Source: Octopus sinensis
Lineage: Eukaryota
NCBI RefSeq assembly: GCF_006345805.1
Contig: NC_043000.1
Location: 134,354,001-134,418,000 of the forward strand
Direction: 5' to 3'
Length of the DNA stretch: 64,000 nucleotides
In this document: positions 12,788 through 27,129 of the stretch, one piece after another
Numbering within the stretch: the first letter of the stretch is position 1
How the letters are laid out: every line of letters begins with the position of its first letter
Notes under the pieces: model-generated
What the model saw: the letters and a program-made list of their open reading frames with translations, nothing else
What the model was told of the DNA's origin: nothing
The model's database searches: none
Position numbers and translations under genes: made by a program

Positions 12788-14042
12788 AAGGGATGCTAGT
12801 TTATGCATGGCCTTTGCTGTAATGGCTACAAAAAACCAAAAATAAATTGCCACACTTTTCGAGTATTGTCTTGTGCAATTATGTTTCTATCACAAATGTT
12901 TTGCACAGAGGAGTTTCTTTTATTCAAATACCTGGAGTGGGAAAGATCCAATATACTTCACATAGATCCGATATAGATCCAATATACTTTGCATAGCAAC
13001 AAAAAATTTGGTAAGTTTAAATACCATGAGGCTAGTCGATTCTTAGATTTACAACAATTTTTCTATTTAGCCAAACGCCAGTATTTTCAGAGCATACATT
13101 TTAAGTATGTCCATGTTTAATATATACCATATTTACTTGCATATAAGACAAGAAATTCAATACAAAACAGAGTAAAAATTATGGTGTAGCATAATACCCA
13201 AGTATAGAGAAGATGGAACATATGACAGACTTTTAGGTTTAAACATTTTTTTAATGCTGCAGAGAGGGGGCATATTATATTAAAGCCACCATTGTATGAC
13301 TAAATACAGTAAGTTCATAGGCAGGCAAGCAGGCAGACGCGCGCGCACACACACACACACCACACACACACACACACACAGACACACACACAGACAGAGT
13401 CATTGAATCACTCAACCTAGAGTAATGTGAATGTAAACCCATTGAATATAAACTTAAATGCCATCATGTACATACACTTACATTGCAGGGCAATTTCCAT
13501 CACCATTTATCAACTGGAGATCATTATAAATTAGGCACTTTATGAAAATATCACTCCCTCCAGCATTACTCACAAACATGAATCTACCCAAATATATACT
13601 TGTAAACAATAATTCAAAACCAAAACAAATTCCCACTTGGAACACACGCACACTCTCTCTATCTCTCTATCTATCTATCTATCTATCTATCAAATGTTGT
13701 TTACAAATGTGCAGTTTCATACTGTTTACAGGGAGAAAATAACAGAAGGTCAGAAACTGTAGAGAACCTAACTAGATGTACTTTGAGTATTTAGTTTTGA
13801 TCCAGGTTCTGAGTTCTGATCCCAAAAGGTTAACTTAGTCTTTCATTTATCCAGGGGTTAACAAAATAAATATCAGTTATCTAAAGGATCCAACTACCTA
13901 CAAAGGCTTTCTACCTATCTGAGAAATCTACATGTTTACGAAAAAAGCTTTAGCACCCCTGCAGTTGTCAAAGTAGTGATGAATAAATTACTATCTCAAT
14001 GATGATGGAATTTATTTTAGCATGCAGTTGCCAGTGAGTATA

Positions 14043-14085
14043 TGTTACTGATGAAGCTCAATGACGCAGAAATGCACATCTAACA
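14043..14085 (+). ncRNA. Decayed type I hammerhead ribozyme, different variant
   Basis: uguua-CUGAUGA-agcucaaugacgca-GAAA-ugcac-AUC-uaaca; 5-bp stem I; tgcaca equals cgcgcg after three CpG transitions; stem II imperfect. Confidence 0.55.
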
Positions 14086-14429
14086 TTCTCATCAGTACTA
14101 CTGGAGAATTTTCCTTTGCTATTGATATATTTGCATTTTTAAACACATCCATAAGAGATATTATTTCCAGATAAAAACTACAGTTAATTTGACTTTTCAT
14201 GATGTTTTTGAATTAAGTATGACACATAGATGCAATCATTTGGAAATTAAATAATTCAGAAACAGAGTTCTCACGAAAAAAAAAAAAGCCAAATGATATT
14301 TAATTCAGGAAGCAGCAAAAAAAAAAAAAAATCAGCTGTGAAATAAATATGCAGGAATAAAAGAAAATGCTAATAATCAAAAACTTATATAGCACAACAA
14401 ATTCAAGAACAACTTTGAGCATGTTTCGG

Positions 14430-15290
14430 TCTTATTCTCATCTCCTTAGCAAAGTAAAGCTTCTCTGTACTTGAAGTAATGATGATATAAGACTGACAAA
14501 ATCATATTTAGATTATGTAAAATTAGCAGAGACTCTTCTGGAAAGGAACTAAAAGTACTTGCTGTAATGAGAGAAGCTAGAAAGCTTGCAGGCTGTGTGT
14601 GACATAAAAATATAATCTGCTTTCCTCGTTGGTTTTGCAGCTGTGAATATAAAACTTCCACAGTTAGATGCAGTAAACCACTTGGAGATTTTAGATTTGG
14701 GTGAGAGACGGGAGGGGCTTGTAAGGCATATCACTATGATTAGGCACTAATCAGTCAATCCAATCCAGTGGGTGCAGAAAACATGATAGTTGGGTAGGTG
14801 TTCGATTTGGAAATGAGAAACAGATAAAGGGTGTTTAGTGTACAGCTGTGTATCAGAGACATTAGTAGGTTAACAGATCCTTCGTGAAAGTAGTGCAAGA
14901 TCCAAAAGTTGTATGTATTGATGTCACCAGGAATGAAGATTTCAGAGAAAGGTGAAATAAGAGAGATGTCTTCAATATGTGTTGTGTGGACCCCCCAGAC
15001 GATGAAGTAGGTTAGCCCAATACGTAGATATAGAGGGAGAAGTCTAGACGTCGAGGAGTTGAGTAGAGGTCATCCGAACGTGCGATACAACAATATGTGA
15101 CAAGAAATATTCAAAGAGCTGATGTGAATTAGAAGTGTCTGAAGGGTAAGGACAGCTGATGAATTTAAAGTAATAGAAAAAAAATACTTTTAAAACAAAA
15201 CTGGAAATCATTTTAATTGAGATCCAGAGGTGAGAGAGTTGAGAAATGTAGAGAATGGATTTTTATGTATGTAGAGACTTCTTCCTGGAA
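14430..15290 (-). mobile_element. Decayed LINE fragment, apurinic-like endonuclease region
   Basis: Frameshifted remnants ISPFSEIFIPGDINTY (GDFN motif), NTLYLF (..LDLF..) and PKSKISKWF (..PWF) in the expected order for CR1/Jockey-group ORF2. Confidence 0.65.
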
Positions 15291-16948
15291 AAAGATGGAG
15301 TGGAGAGTGTAGCTTGATTCAACTCACTACATATTTACAGTTACATAGAAGGATATTTAAAAAATAATTGTCCTGACCACTGATACAATGCAATGCCCAT
15401 AAAAGGACATAAGCTGCACACCTTGTAACTGCTCTATCACTATCCTGTTTTCTCATCCATCCACACAGATATGTATACATGAAAAATGATTAAACTGAGA
15501 GAGAGAGCAAGAGAGAGAGAGAGAAGAGAGAGTTGATATGTTGTCAATATGTTTAGGCACATATTTTAGAATAAACTTAAATACATGAGTGTATGTATAT
15601 AGTGAGTTGTGAGTTTTATTTATCTTGTAGTCTTCTCCCAAGCCCACTTGAAGATTTGAACTCAGCAATGCAATTTAACAAATCACTTTGCCAATAACAC
15701 AGTATTTCCACTGCTTAGGACAATGGTTTGTTCCTACCCTGCACTACCTATTCATAGCTAGCTGGACTGAGATATTTCAGAGTCAAGTATAGTAACTGCT
15801 GATGCAATGCGTTACTTGAGACAACACTATCAACTTCTCTACCCAATCTACATTCTCATTATATGACGATAATTAACTCAAATAGTTTTGTTCCTTTAAT
15901 ATTACAACATTCTCACTTCATACCATCCATCTCACTATTTCCTATCATTTATAGAAGAAAAAACAAAACAAAAAAGAAAGCATGGTATCCTGTTTTGCTT
16001 AGCCATATGTTTCTGCCATAAACTTTTCTGGTTGCTAAGCAGCAATACGGATCTTTCTCTTTTTTCATTTTTTGTTTCCTTCTCATACTTAACTGTTTGT
16101 CATTTTGGAATCAAAACTTTGTTCCAGCACTTCATTCCACTTTACTTCCATTTGTCACTCCTGTTAAAATCTTAAAATGCTTTCTTGTGAAAAATCTGAC
16201 ATCTAACCCATGGTTGCATATAGCAGAATTTTCTGTTGTAAGTAGGACTTGAAAAAGTGTAACAGACTACATGATTCCTTAACTAAGTAAAAGATGCCAC
16301 CTATCCTAACTACATGTCCAAGCTACTGTATCCTTAGAATGTAACTGTCGTGATAAGAGGCAGCAACTCAGTTGTTCTCAAGTAATTTGTCAAGAGAGAT
16401 AATTCAAAAATACAGTGCTTGCTTTCACTAAAGTAAAATTAAACAATTTATAAAACTAGCTTGCACTTGAAATCCATATATACATGCTCATAAATATGTA
16501 TTTGATATGAATTTTCTTATATAATATAGCATGTTGCTTGCATGTTTGATGCATATACATTCATATAACTGCAAGTGACTGCTAGCATACAAGTGCATCC
16601 TTCTTCTGCCACACGTGTGTTCAAATGTCTAAACATATTTACATAAGTGAAAAGCTTAAAAATATATGAGCATGCAGCTATGCGACTATTGATTCAAGGA
16701 TGTGTCATATATATTTGTACTGACAAGTTTCAGTATCTTCTTAGTAAAAATATCCCTGTGTGTAGCTGTGCAAGTATGTGTCACATGTGTGTGTGTACCT
16801 GTGCAAGTATATGTCACATGTGTGTGTGTGTGTGTTTGAACTCTCACACACACACACAATGTGAAATGTAAACTTGTTTTATAAGCATATACATCAATAG
16901 ATTCATGTGCAATTTGCCTACCTGTAACTAAACAGCTACACTGTAAGA

Positions 16949-16984
<36 letters not shown>

Positions 16985-17722
16985 GGGAATGTGTGTAACA
17001 ACACACAGGTGTAAGTACATACTTGTGTGAGTGTTAAAGTGCTAAGTTTTTGTCAAGTTTTGTTTTGTAACCAGATAGCAATGAGTGTGTGTGTGAATGT
17101 AATTATGTACATACAAGCAAGATGGTCTAAATAAGTATTAAGTGCTTCTATGGAAACAGATGCAGGTGCATAGAGATGTTTGTAAATATTTATGCATACC
17201 TGTATTAATGCGTGTGTGTGTGTGCACGCATGCGTGTGAGAGAGCGACAGTAAATTCCATATAACAGTGAAAACGTGTGCATTTCAGTGTTTGTATCTGT
17301 ATACCTGTATTAACACTGAGTATGTAAAAATTTATACATTAGTGTATAATGAATTATGCATACGAAATATGCTTCGGTACATGTAAAACTAAGTACAAAT
17401 TCAAAAGTATACCCTCACAAATGTAATTTTAAATGTGCATTTAAGAAGAAAACTAAATGTGTTAAGTGCATATTTATGAAGTGTGTGTGTGACCAAGTGT
17501 GTGTGTGTGTGTGTGTATGTAAGTCAATATGTTGTCTAAGTTTAGGCACATGTGTTAGAATAAACTTAGATACATGAGTAAGTATATAGTGAGTTGTGAG
17601 TTTTATTTATTGATGAGAATACCGTTCTACATAAAAGAAAGCATGTACCTAAGTTTCAAGTATTAGTTACTGTATTGTAAAAGAAAGTGTGTGCACACAC
17701 ATACACATCAGTGTGCATACAT

Positions 17723-17773
<51 letters not shown>

Positions 17774-17792
17774 AACACATATATATATATAT

Positions 17793-17867
<75 letters not shown>

Positions 17868-18715
17868 CATGTACATAATTAAAATAGCTAATCTCCAATT
17901 TCCCCAGATAACTCTGCCTGACTGGAAATATTCTCTGTTCCAACAGAAAGCATTGAGAATAAGAAATGTCAATAAACCATATTGACAATGTTACAGAAAA
18001 CCAGCAACTGATATGCTTGACAAACAGATACTACCTACTTCCATATCTAATTTCTACATTTTTCATTGATGATGTGTATAAATTAGTATTCACACGAGTC
18101 TGTTACGCAAATGGACACCAGCTTCAATCCCAGTTTGATACAGAGATTTCGTTACACAAATGCATCATCTATTAATTAATATACTGAAACTGAAATAACT
18201 TTAAAATGAAAATTAATGAGTAACTCCACTGATTTGCGTTAAACACAAGGTTTCAGAAGAAAAAGAAAAAAAAAATGAAAGAAAATGTTTATATTTTTCT
18301 TCATGTTTCAATGTTGAAAACATTAGTAACTGAAGCATTTTTCTTTTTCTACTTCCGTATTTCTTTAACGTCAGATGTTTTTCATATAATCTAAGAAAGA
18401 AAGAAAGAAAGAAAGAAAGAAGCCTCTTTTATTACTGTGGTGGTATCGCAAGAAGCTTGCTTCCCAAACACATGGTTTAGGGATCAGTCTCAATGCATGG
18501 CAAATCAGGCGTCTTCTACTATGGTCCCAGGCTTTAAGAAAGTGTAAGTACTGGGGTCAGTTCTTTCAAATAAAATCTTCAAGGCAATGCCCCAGCATGG
18601 CCACAGTTCAATGATTGGAACAAGGAAAAGATATAAGAAATGTAATTGCTGATCCCTAACACAAGTCTAAAAACCGAGAATTTTTATTCAGCTTCACCCA
18701 ATGTATTCAAGAGAC

Positions 18716-19084
18716 TACTCTTTACTCTCTCTTTTACTCTTTTACTTGTTTCAGTCATTTGACTGCAGCCATGCTGGAGCACCGCCTTTAGTCGAGCAAA
18801 TCAACCCTAGGGCTTATTCTTTGTAAGCCTAGTACCTATTCTATCAGTCAGCATCAGTTGTCAAGCGATGTTGGGGGGGACAAACACAGACACACAAACA
18901 TATACACACACATACGTATATACGACAGGCTTCTTTCAGTTTCCGTTACCAAATCCACTCACAAGGCTTTGGTCGACCTGAGGCCATAGCAGAAGACACT
19001 TGCCCAAGGTGCCACACAGTGGGACTGAACTTGGAACCATGTGGTTCATAAGCAAGCTACTTCCCACACAGCCACTCCTATGCC
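18716..19084 (-). mobile_element. SINE family A with internal deletion
   Basis: Reverse complement of the consensus, missing part of the middle. Confidence 0.85.
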
Positions 19085-19171
19085 TATTTACTACATTTAC
19101 TTTGTAAAAGGTTCAATGCTAAAAGGTTGAGAAGAAATCTCTCTCATCATTATAATATGGATGGTTTAGAT

Positions 19172-19425
19172 CAGTGATTCTCAACCATTTTTTGCTTATG
19201 GACCTCTTTGGAATCATATTTTATGAGGGTGGACTCTCATAGCCATTCAATATTTCAAAAATCGAATTATATTTTTATGATTAAATATTAAAAGGAATTG
19301 TATAAAAAAATTGCTAAAATATTTTGTGTATTGTAGAACTAAGACCAATTTATTACACAAATTTTAGCAACAAAATCTTGTATAGACCCCCTAAGGGTTA
19401 TATGGACCCTGGTTGAGAACCGCTG
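19172..19425. mobile_element. hAT/Charlie-type MITE
   Basis: TIRs cagtgattctcaacc / ggttgagaaccgctg; 8-bp TSD gtttagat / atttagat. Confidence 0.8.
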
Positions 19426-20059
19426 ATTTAGATCATTATTATAATTTAACATCTATTTTCCATGCTGGCATGGGTTGGACGATTTGACAGAAGCTGGCAA
19501 GCTGGAGGGCTGCACCAGGCCTCAATTATCTGTTTTGACATGGTTACTATGAGAGTACTGGGTGCTTGTACATGGTTCTGGCACAGGAGCTTTTCATGTG
19601 GCACCAGTACCCATGGGGTCACCAAGTGGCTTGCAAGACAAGGACATCTCAGCACCATGTTAATAAACTGATAAAGATATTTTACAGCTCAAGTTTAATA
19701 TTTCACTTATCTTCGTTTAAGCCTTGCTGAAGGTGATTTTCTTTGCAAATTCTCAAGACTCAATAAAATTTGTACCAGTAATATACTGAGATCACTGGAA
19801 TCAAATAAAACCATGACCATATGAATAGTATCATCATCATCATTTAAACACTCCATTTTTCATGTCTCAGACTTGTTGAGATATATTTTCTACAACTGAA
19901 TGGCCTTTCTGTTGCCAACCCTCACTTGATTCCCTTTGGCTGCACATGATATCACAGAAGATTGGAAACAAACAACACCACTTGTATGGTGGTGATGCTT
20001 GTTTACAATTAGCACATGATGTCAAAATAAGGAGAAACACACACACATGTATATACATA

Positions 20060-20330
20060 TCATCATCATCATCATTTAACATCCGCTTTCCATGCTAGCA
20101 TGGGTTGGACGATTTGACTGAGGTCTGGCAAACTAGACTCCAATCTGAGCTGGCAGAGTTTCTTCAGCTGGATGCCCTTCCTAACGCCAACCACTCCAAG
20201 CGTGTAGTGGGTGCTTTTACGTGCCACTGGTACGAGGGCCAGTTTGATGGTACTGGCAACAGCCACGCCCAAATGGTGCTTTTTATGTGCTACCTGCACA
20301 GGAGCCAGTCCAGCGGCACTGGCGACGACC
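20060..20330 (-). mobile_element. Family B element
   Basis: Reverse complement of family B. Confidence 0.8.
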
Positions 20331-21006
20331 TATATATATATAAGGATTATTCGAGTTGCTAGTAACTAAATTCATTCACAAGCCAGGATCTATAGAAGAC
20401 ACTTGTACAAGGTTGGGAAGCAATTTAATGTCTTAACCACATAGCCAGTCCTGCTCCTTAATACAAGGATGGAATCTTTGAAAACATTGGCAGTAACAGG
20501 TGAAAGTCATTCAATGAAAGCCCCAATATAAAATAAATAACTAATATTTAGTGGCTTGGAACATAAGCTTGAAAGTACACACATTTTCTACGACCATAAA
20601 ATAACATTTTTCAATGTTGGCAAGCAATAATTACTATAAATATATATCTTATTTTGATTTTTATCCTAAGAGTCAAGATTATTATCATTCTAATCTACCA
20701 TCAGAGAAATCTGATATCAAGGGCTAATTATTTTGTATCTCCCACTATATATCATGAGAGCAACCTTCAGCCATCAGCTTAAATACTTCATTAAAAGTAT
20801 CCAGCCAAGTACTCTAAAAATATACCAACTTAGAAGCAAACAAAATAAAAAACAACGAAAATTTTGAACTTGTAGTGGCTTATCTAAAAAAAAGGGTAAT
20901 CTTTGTTTTAAATTAAAGTAATATAGTATTTGTTTATGTTACACACTTTCTAGAAAAGGAAAACATTTTAAATATTTCATCATCATAGAAATTGAGATGG
21001 TCGTCG

Positions 21007-21240
21007 TCATCATCATCATCACTGTTTAACGTCCGCTTTCCATGCTAGCATGGGTTAGACGATTTTGACTGAGGGCTGGCGAACCAGATGGCTGCACCAG
21101 CCTCCAATCTTGATCTGGCAGAGTTTCTACAGCTGGATACCCTTTCTAATGCCAACCACTCCGAGAGTGTAGTGGGTGCTTTTTACGTTCCACCGGCACA
21201 GGGCCAGTCAGGTGGTACTGGCAACAACCTCGCTCGAATC
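21007..21240 (-). mobile_element. Family B element
   Basis: Reverse complement of family B. Confidence 0.8.
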
Positions 21241-22019
21241 GGTTCACAGCCATGCGGATTTTGGTTGAAACCCACTGTGAGTGCGACACCTTAACCATGC
21301 ACCACACACACATGTATGAATGTTAACATACTACAGCTTAATTTGAGCAAAATAGTAACATGTTTACATTATGACCAGTCACATTTGAAGACCTGTGGAA
21401 TGAGAAATTCCTTACTTAAAAAGCAGGTAAAGGAAGACCAGCCAGGAAGAGAGGTCAGTCAAAATCTTGCCTCAAATACGTCCTTGTCTAACTCATGCCA
21501 TCATAGAAAAAAAATTAATATTAAACAAAGGAATATCTTCATTTGGCCAATGCTTTCTCATGTGAATAATATATTTGTTACACTTACTTTTGATTTTATT
21601 AGTGAAAGGATAATTAACAACACAATTGTATTTTAGTGAGCATTTCGTTTGAGTATAATAGATGCCACTTTAAATAAGCATCTATAGAGTTTTATCTTAT
21701 TTTAGACTTGATAAATCTCCATCCTTTCTCAGTATATCATAGCTACTAATCCAGAATTGGAGGAGATCTATGCACACATATATATACTTATATATATATG
21801 ACAGGCTTCCATTCAGTTTCCATCTACCAAATTTTACTCATAAGGTTGACTCAAGGCTACAGTAGAAGACACTTACCCACGATGTCACACGCAAGTGGAT
21901 TGAGCCTAAAATCATGCGATTATGAAGTGAAATTCTCTCTTAATTACACAGTCATACATATGCTTACCTTCACTGCACAGTCATATCTGTGTTTACCTTA
22001 ACCATACAACCACATATAT

Positions 22020-22434
22020 TCTCTTTTACTCTTTTATCTTTTACTTGTTTCAGTCATTTGACTGCGGCCATGCTGGAGCACCGCCTTTAGTCGAGCAACT
22101 CGACCCGGGACTTATTCTTTGTAAGCCCAGTACTTATTCTATCGGTCTCTTTTGCCAAACCGCTAAGTGACGGGGACATAAACACACCAGCATCAGTTGT
22201 CAAGCAATGCTAGGGGGACAAACATACACGCACACACACACATATATATATATATATACACATTATATATATATGACGGGCTTCTTTCAGTTTCCGTCAA
22301 CCAAATCCACTCACAAGGCTTTGGTTGGCCCGAGGCTATAGTAGAAGACACTTGCCCAAGGTGCCACACAGTGGGACTGAACCTGGAACCATGTGGTTGG
22401 TAAACAAGCTACTTACCACACAGCCACTCTTGTG

Positions 22435-22436
<2 letters not shown>
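22020..22436 (-). mobile_element. SINE family A, full length
   Basis: Reverse complement of the consensus. Confidence 0.9.
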
Positions 22437-22483
<47 letters not shown>

Positions 22484-22639
22484 GTAAATAAATAAATATA
22501 GAGATCCATATAAACATGTTTTGATATTCAACACAGCTATAAAACAGCTACAAGAAAATGAAGAGAGCAACAAATGTAAATATTCATTAATTTGAAAATA
22601 GAACTTTATAGAAACAATTAGATATTATAAAAGTACACA

Positions 22640-22688
<49 letters not shown>

Positions 22689-23128
22689 CAACATAAAGAG
22701 ATGACAAAAGAGATCAGAAAAGTGCATAAAAATAAGGAGAATGGCGCTCATAATCTGAACATAATAAGTGGCAAACCGAAAACAACAGCGCTATGAGTCA
22801 TGAAACAAGTGCACATAGATGTATGTACAAACATACTCACACACACACACTCACACACACACACACTCACTCACACAGAGTGAATTTGCAGTTTAAAGGA
22901 GGCTTTAATAATAATAATAATTCATTTAAGGTTGGTTCATGATCTTTATTTTCATAACAGGCATTGTTTGATGAGGTTAATGCACAATACAAGAATCAAC
23001 ATGATATATCAATAACAATATATAGCATTGGTAAAAATGCTACCTGCTATTAAACCTCATCTTAAACAACAACAACAGTACACTTCAATAGTTCACTAGG
23101 TGCAAAACACAGCAAGAAATTCCTATAT

Positions 23129-23226
23129 TTATTTCTATAAGTCTACTACTGATGCTTAAAATGCATTCACTATATATATTTCTATAAGTCTACTACTGAT
23201 GCTTAAAATGCATTCACTATATATAT
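23129..23226. repeat. Tandem duplication, 2 x 47 bp
   Basis: atttctataagtctactactgatgcttaaaatgcattcactatatat repeated. Confidence 0.85.
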
Positions 23227-23860
23227 ATTTTTTTTTCCCCCCCACAAATAAAGTGGAAAATAATGATACCATGAGAAGATTTTTCATGTGTTCTTAATTT
23301 AATTTAGGCTTAAGCCTGAGGTAAGATGTGATGTCAATTTTTAAAATGGATGGAAAGGAACAGATAAACAAACGCTTTTCCATATTCTATAATACGACAT
23401 GCTGATCTTTTAAACTTCTTTCACACATCATTTGATTATTCACAAACATACATTTAAGCTATAAAAACGTTTCCAAATACAGATATTCAAAAATAGATGT
23501 AAATGCACATAAAAGTATGCAAAATCCAAAAGTATGCGTGTCTGTGTGGGTGTATGCGTGGGTATATATGTGAGTGTAAGTGTATAAATACAGGTATATG
23601 AATATGATATGTATGTTAATGATTAAATATATACACATACATTAGATAAATATGAAGACATGCACACATCTATCTGCATTTATACATGTATTCATACATA
23701 CATACATATATATACATGAATGCATACATATGTATATATATATATGTGCATACACATGTATATATATATATATATACACACACACATATGTGTGTGTGTG
23801 TGTATATATATATTTATATATATATATATATATATACTCACACGTGTGTGTGAATATTTA

Positions 23861-24022
23861 GGTGCAGGAGTGGCTGTGTGGTAAGCAGCTTGCTAACAAA
23901 CCACATTGTTCCAGGTTCAGTCCCATTGCATCGCACCTTGGCCAAGTATCTTCTACTATAGCCTTGGGCCAACCAAAGCCTTGTAAGTGGATTTGGTAGA
24001 CGGGAACCGAAAGAAGCCCGCC

Positions 24023-24023
<1 letters not shown>
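23861..24023 (+). mobile_element. SINE family A, 5' half ending in (TA)n(GA)n
   Basis: Consensus 5' half followed by a long microsatellite. Confidence 0.85.
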
Positions 24024-24095
<72 letters not shown>

Positions 24096-24457
24096 TACAC
24101 TCATATATATCTATATATACTCACACACATATATATACACACAAATGTACATATACATATACACACACTCACACATACATACATACATACAAACATACAT
24201 TTATACATATATGTATTCATATATAGATAACACACATACATGCACAGACAGAAAAATGCAAGCCTAGCTGTGTGGTTAAGAAGTTTGCTTTTCAACCACA
24301 TGGTCTTGGGTTCAGTCTCACTCTGCACCATTTTGAGCAAACCGTCTTCTACTCTCACCTGAACCACATATTTATTTAACCAATGCCCGCATGATGAGAA
24401 CAAACATACAAAGAAATCAATGAATAAATAAATGAAAGATATGGAACTGAAATCTAT

Positions 24458-24828
24458 TACTCTTTTACTTGTTTCAGTCATTTGACTGCGGCCATGCTGG
24501 AGCACCGCCTTTAGTCGAGCAAATTGACCCCGGGACTTATTCTTTTGCCGAACCGCTAAGTAACGGGGACATAAACACACCAGCATCAGTTGTCAAGCAA
24601 TGCTAGGGGGACAAACACACATACACAAACACACACACACACACACATATATATATACATATATACGACAGGCTTCTTTCAGTTTCTGTCTGCCAAATCC
24701 ACTCACAAGGCATTGGTCGGCCCGGGGCTATAGCAGAAGACACTTGCCCAAGATGCCACGCAGTGGGACTGAACCCGGAACCATGTGGTTGGTTAGCAAG
24801 CTACTTACCACACAGCCACTCCTGCGCC
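24458..24828 (-). mobile_element. SINE family A, near full length
   Basis: Reverse complement of the consensus with a small deletion. Confidence 0.9.
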
Positions 24829-25660
24829 TATTGTACATGTTTTAAATAAATCTTATAAAATTAACAAATTTAACAAAAAAAAAAAAAAAAAAAAGGCAGA
24901 GTCAGTGCTTTGTTTGATTTGTCTGAAACGCTTGTTGCTAAACATTATATACACTTTGCACAGAGCTGTTCTTCATGCATGAGTTAATCGCATATACTCT
25001 CAATTGGTGTATATACATTTCTTATTGTCTGTTTATTGATATAAATTTCCCTTATGTTCCCGCCATTTCCATCAGACTATATCTTCAGTGCATGGCTCGT
25101 ATTTCTACAACACACATACACACAAATCCTACTACCTCTCTTACGCATCTAATACATCTGATATCTACTACATCCTCTTGCTTCCACCCCTCCCCCCCCC
25201 CGCTTCTTTTTACTCTTATTTCTATCTCATTCTACCTTCCTCCCCCCCCCCTTGTTTCTATCAGTTTCTACATTTTCACTATTACTCCTTTGAAATATTT
25301 ATCGCTGGCTTTTATCTCATTCTCTCTATTGATATTCCCCGCCTCTTCTTTTCTTATATCGTTCTCCTCCGCCACCATGCGCAAATATACATGCTGCACC
25401 TGTTATCATTGATGTCTCTGCATTCCAGCACTTTCTATGACAGCCTATAAAGTCTGAATATCTCTCTGTTATCTCTATTGATGCCTTGCATCTCCACTCC
25501 AACCCTAATTCCTTCACTGTCTATATCAACTTGTACATACCTTCCTAGTTTTAACTAGTATCTGTATGCTACAACTCTTCCTGCTTTTCCTCCTACTACA
25601 ATCTAAATCTGCCTCTTTCTGTTTGTTCTAGTAATTATTCCTAGTCTTACTCATTCACTT

Positions 25661-25692
<32 letters not shown>

Positions 25693-26464
25693 CCTCTCTT
25701 AGAACACTAGTAGTTTTAGTCATTGGACACAGAACAATAGCAACTGGTACTTTGAAGACAGTGCAGAAAGTCAGCAGAACTGTCAAACCAAAACCAATGT
25801 AGGTCAATGGCTCCAGTAACAGCTGGAAGAGACCAGCTGGTTACTAAGCAACCAAAGTAATGATACTTTAAGAACAGGGGAAAAAAAACAAAACAAAACA
25901 AAGACAAAAGAAAAACATATGCCAAAAAACAATGTAAAGAAAGAGCTTTCTTTTTAGAATGGATCAAATGAAAATTTTTGATACAAAAGCAGCATCCAAA
26001 AGTATTGGAAAGTTGCATCTGTTGTAGAAAGCAATAGAAACACAGAATTCGAAATCAGCATGAACAACAAGAGATACATTAATAGTGAATTGATCAGAAA
26101 CCATCATAGAGTAACATAAGCTTTGTCTCAAGTATTTTTGACTCTCGTGAGATTTATTAATCATCCTCTTCTTGAATATATATCTTCAGTGCCATTCAGA
26201 AATACAATACACCAGAGTTATTCAGTTTGGCATTTGTGTAACTGTAACTGATCAAAATATAGACAAGTGCATATCTATGCACTGAAATCAATGCTTGCCT
26301 GAATGCACATACAGATATCAGTATGGTATGCATACATACACATGTGCGTGTGTGTGTCTGTGTGCACCTACATATATACACACATGTACATATACATATA
26401 CATACATATATACACATACCCATATATATGTATATTCATTTCTACATATATCCACATATAGACG

Positions 26465-26521
<57 letters not shown>

Positions 26522-26628
26522 GTTTTTTATTAGGAATGTAGTAGAGTACCAAATAGAGCTAGTTCACCCTTGGAATTACTAAAGAACCAGTAGTATTACG
26601 GTATACTTCTTGTTGATTTTATTTTTTC

Positions 26629-26671
<43 letters not shown>

Positions 26672-27129
26672 AACACACACACATTTATATATACCAACAT
26701 ACACATTCATATATACATACACAAACGCATATATACATACACATGCATATATATACGTGCACATATACCTCATTATTCTCATTTCAACATTCACTTTCCC
26801 ATGCTTGCATGGATCAGAGGAGATTCATTGAGGCAGAATTTTCTATAGCCAGGTGCTCTTCTTGTTCCTAACCCTCACCTACCTCTAGACCAGACATGTT
26901 TACCAAAAATTTCGCAAAGAAACATGTAAGCTGCTATGACAGCCAAATTTGTTTAGAATTAGTGCATGCTGTCAAGATACACACATACAGTTTCTGTCAA
27001 TCAAATTCACAATCAAGTCTTTGGTCATTGAAGGGCTATAGTAGAAGACACTTGCCCAATGTGCTGCACAGTGGAACTGAAGAATTTATCCTCCTTTAGT
27101 CAAAGGCAGATCATATGATGCTTGTGTGC

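Noticed and set aside
17656-17988. Stacked ORFs rich in YI/HT/CV (also about 23650-24230, 26200-26830, 49980-50270, 55160-55520)
   Set aside because: Translations of (TA)n, (CA)n and (TG)n microsatellites.
24975-25450. Overlapping 145-aa and 120-aa ORFs
   Set aside because: Pyrimidine-rich low complexity lacks stops by chance; possibly an old LINE relic but no motif I can support.
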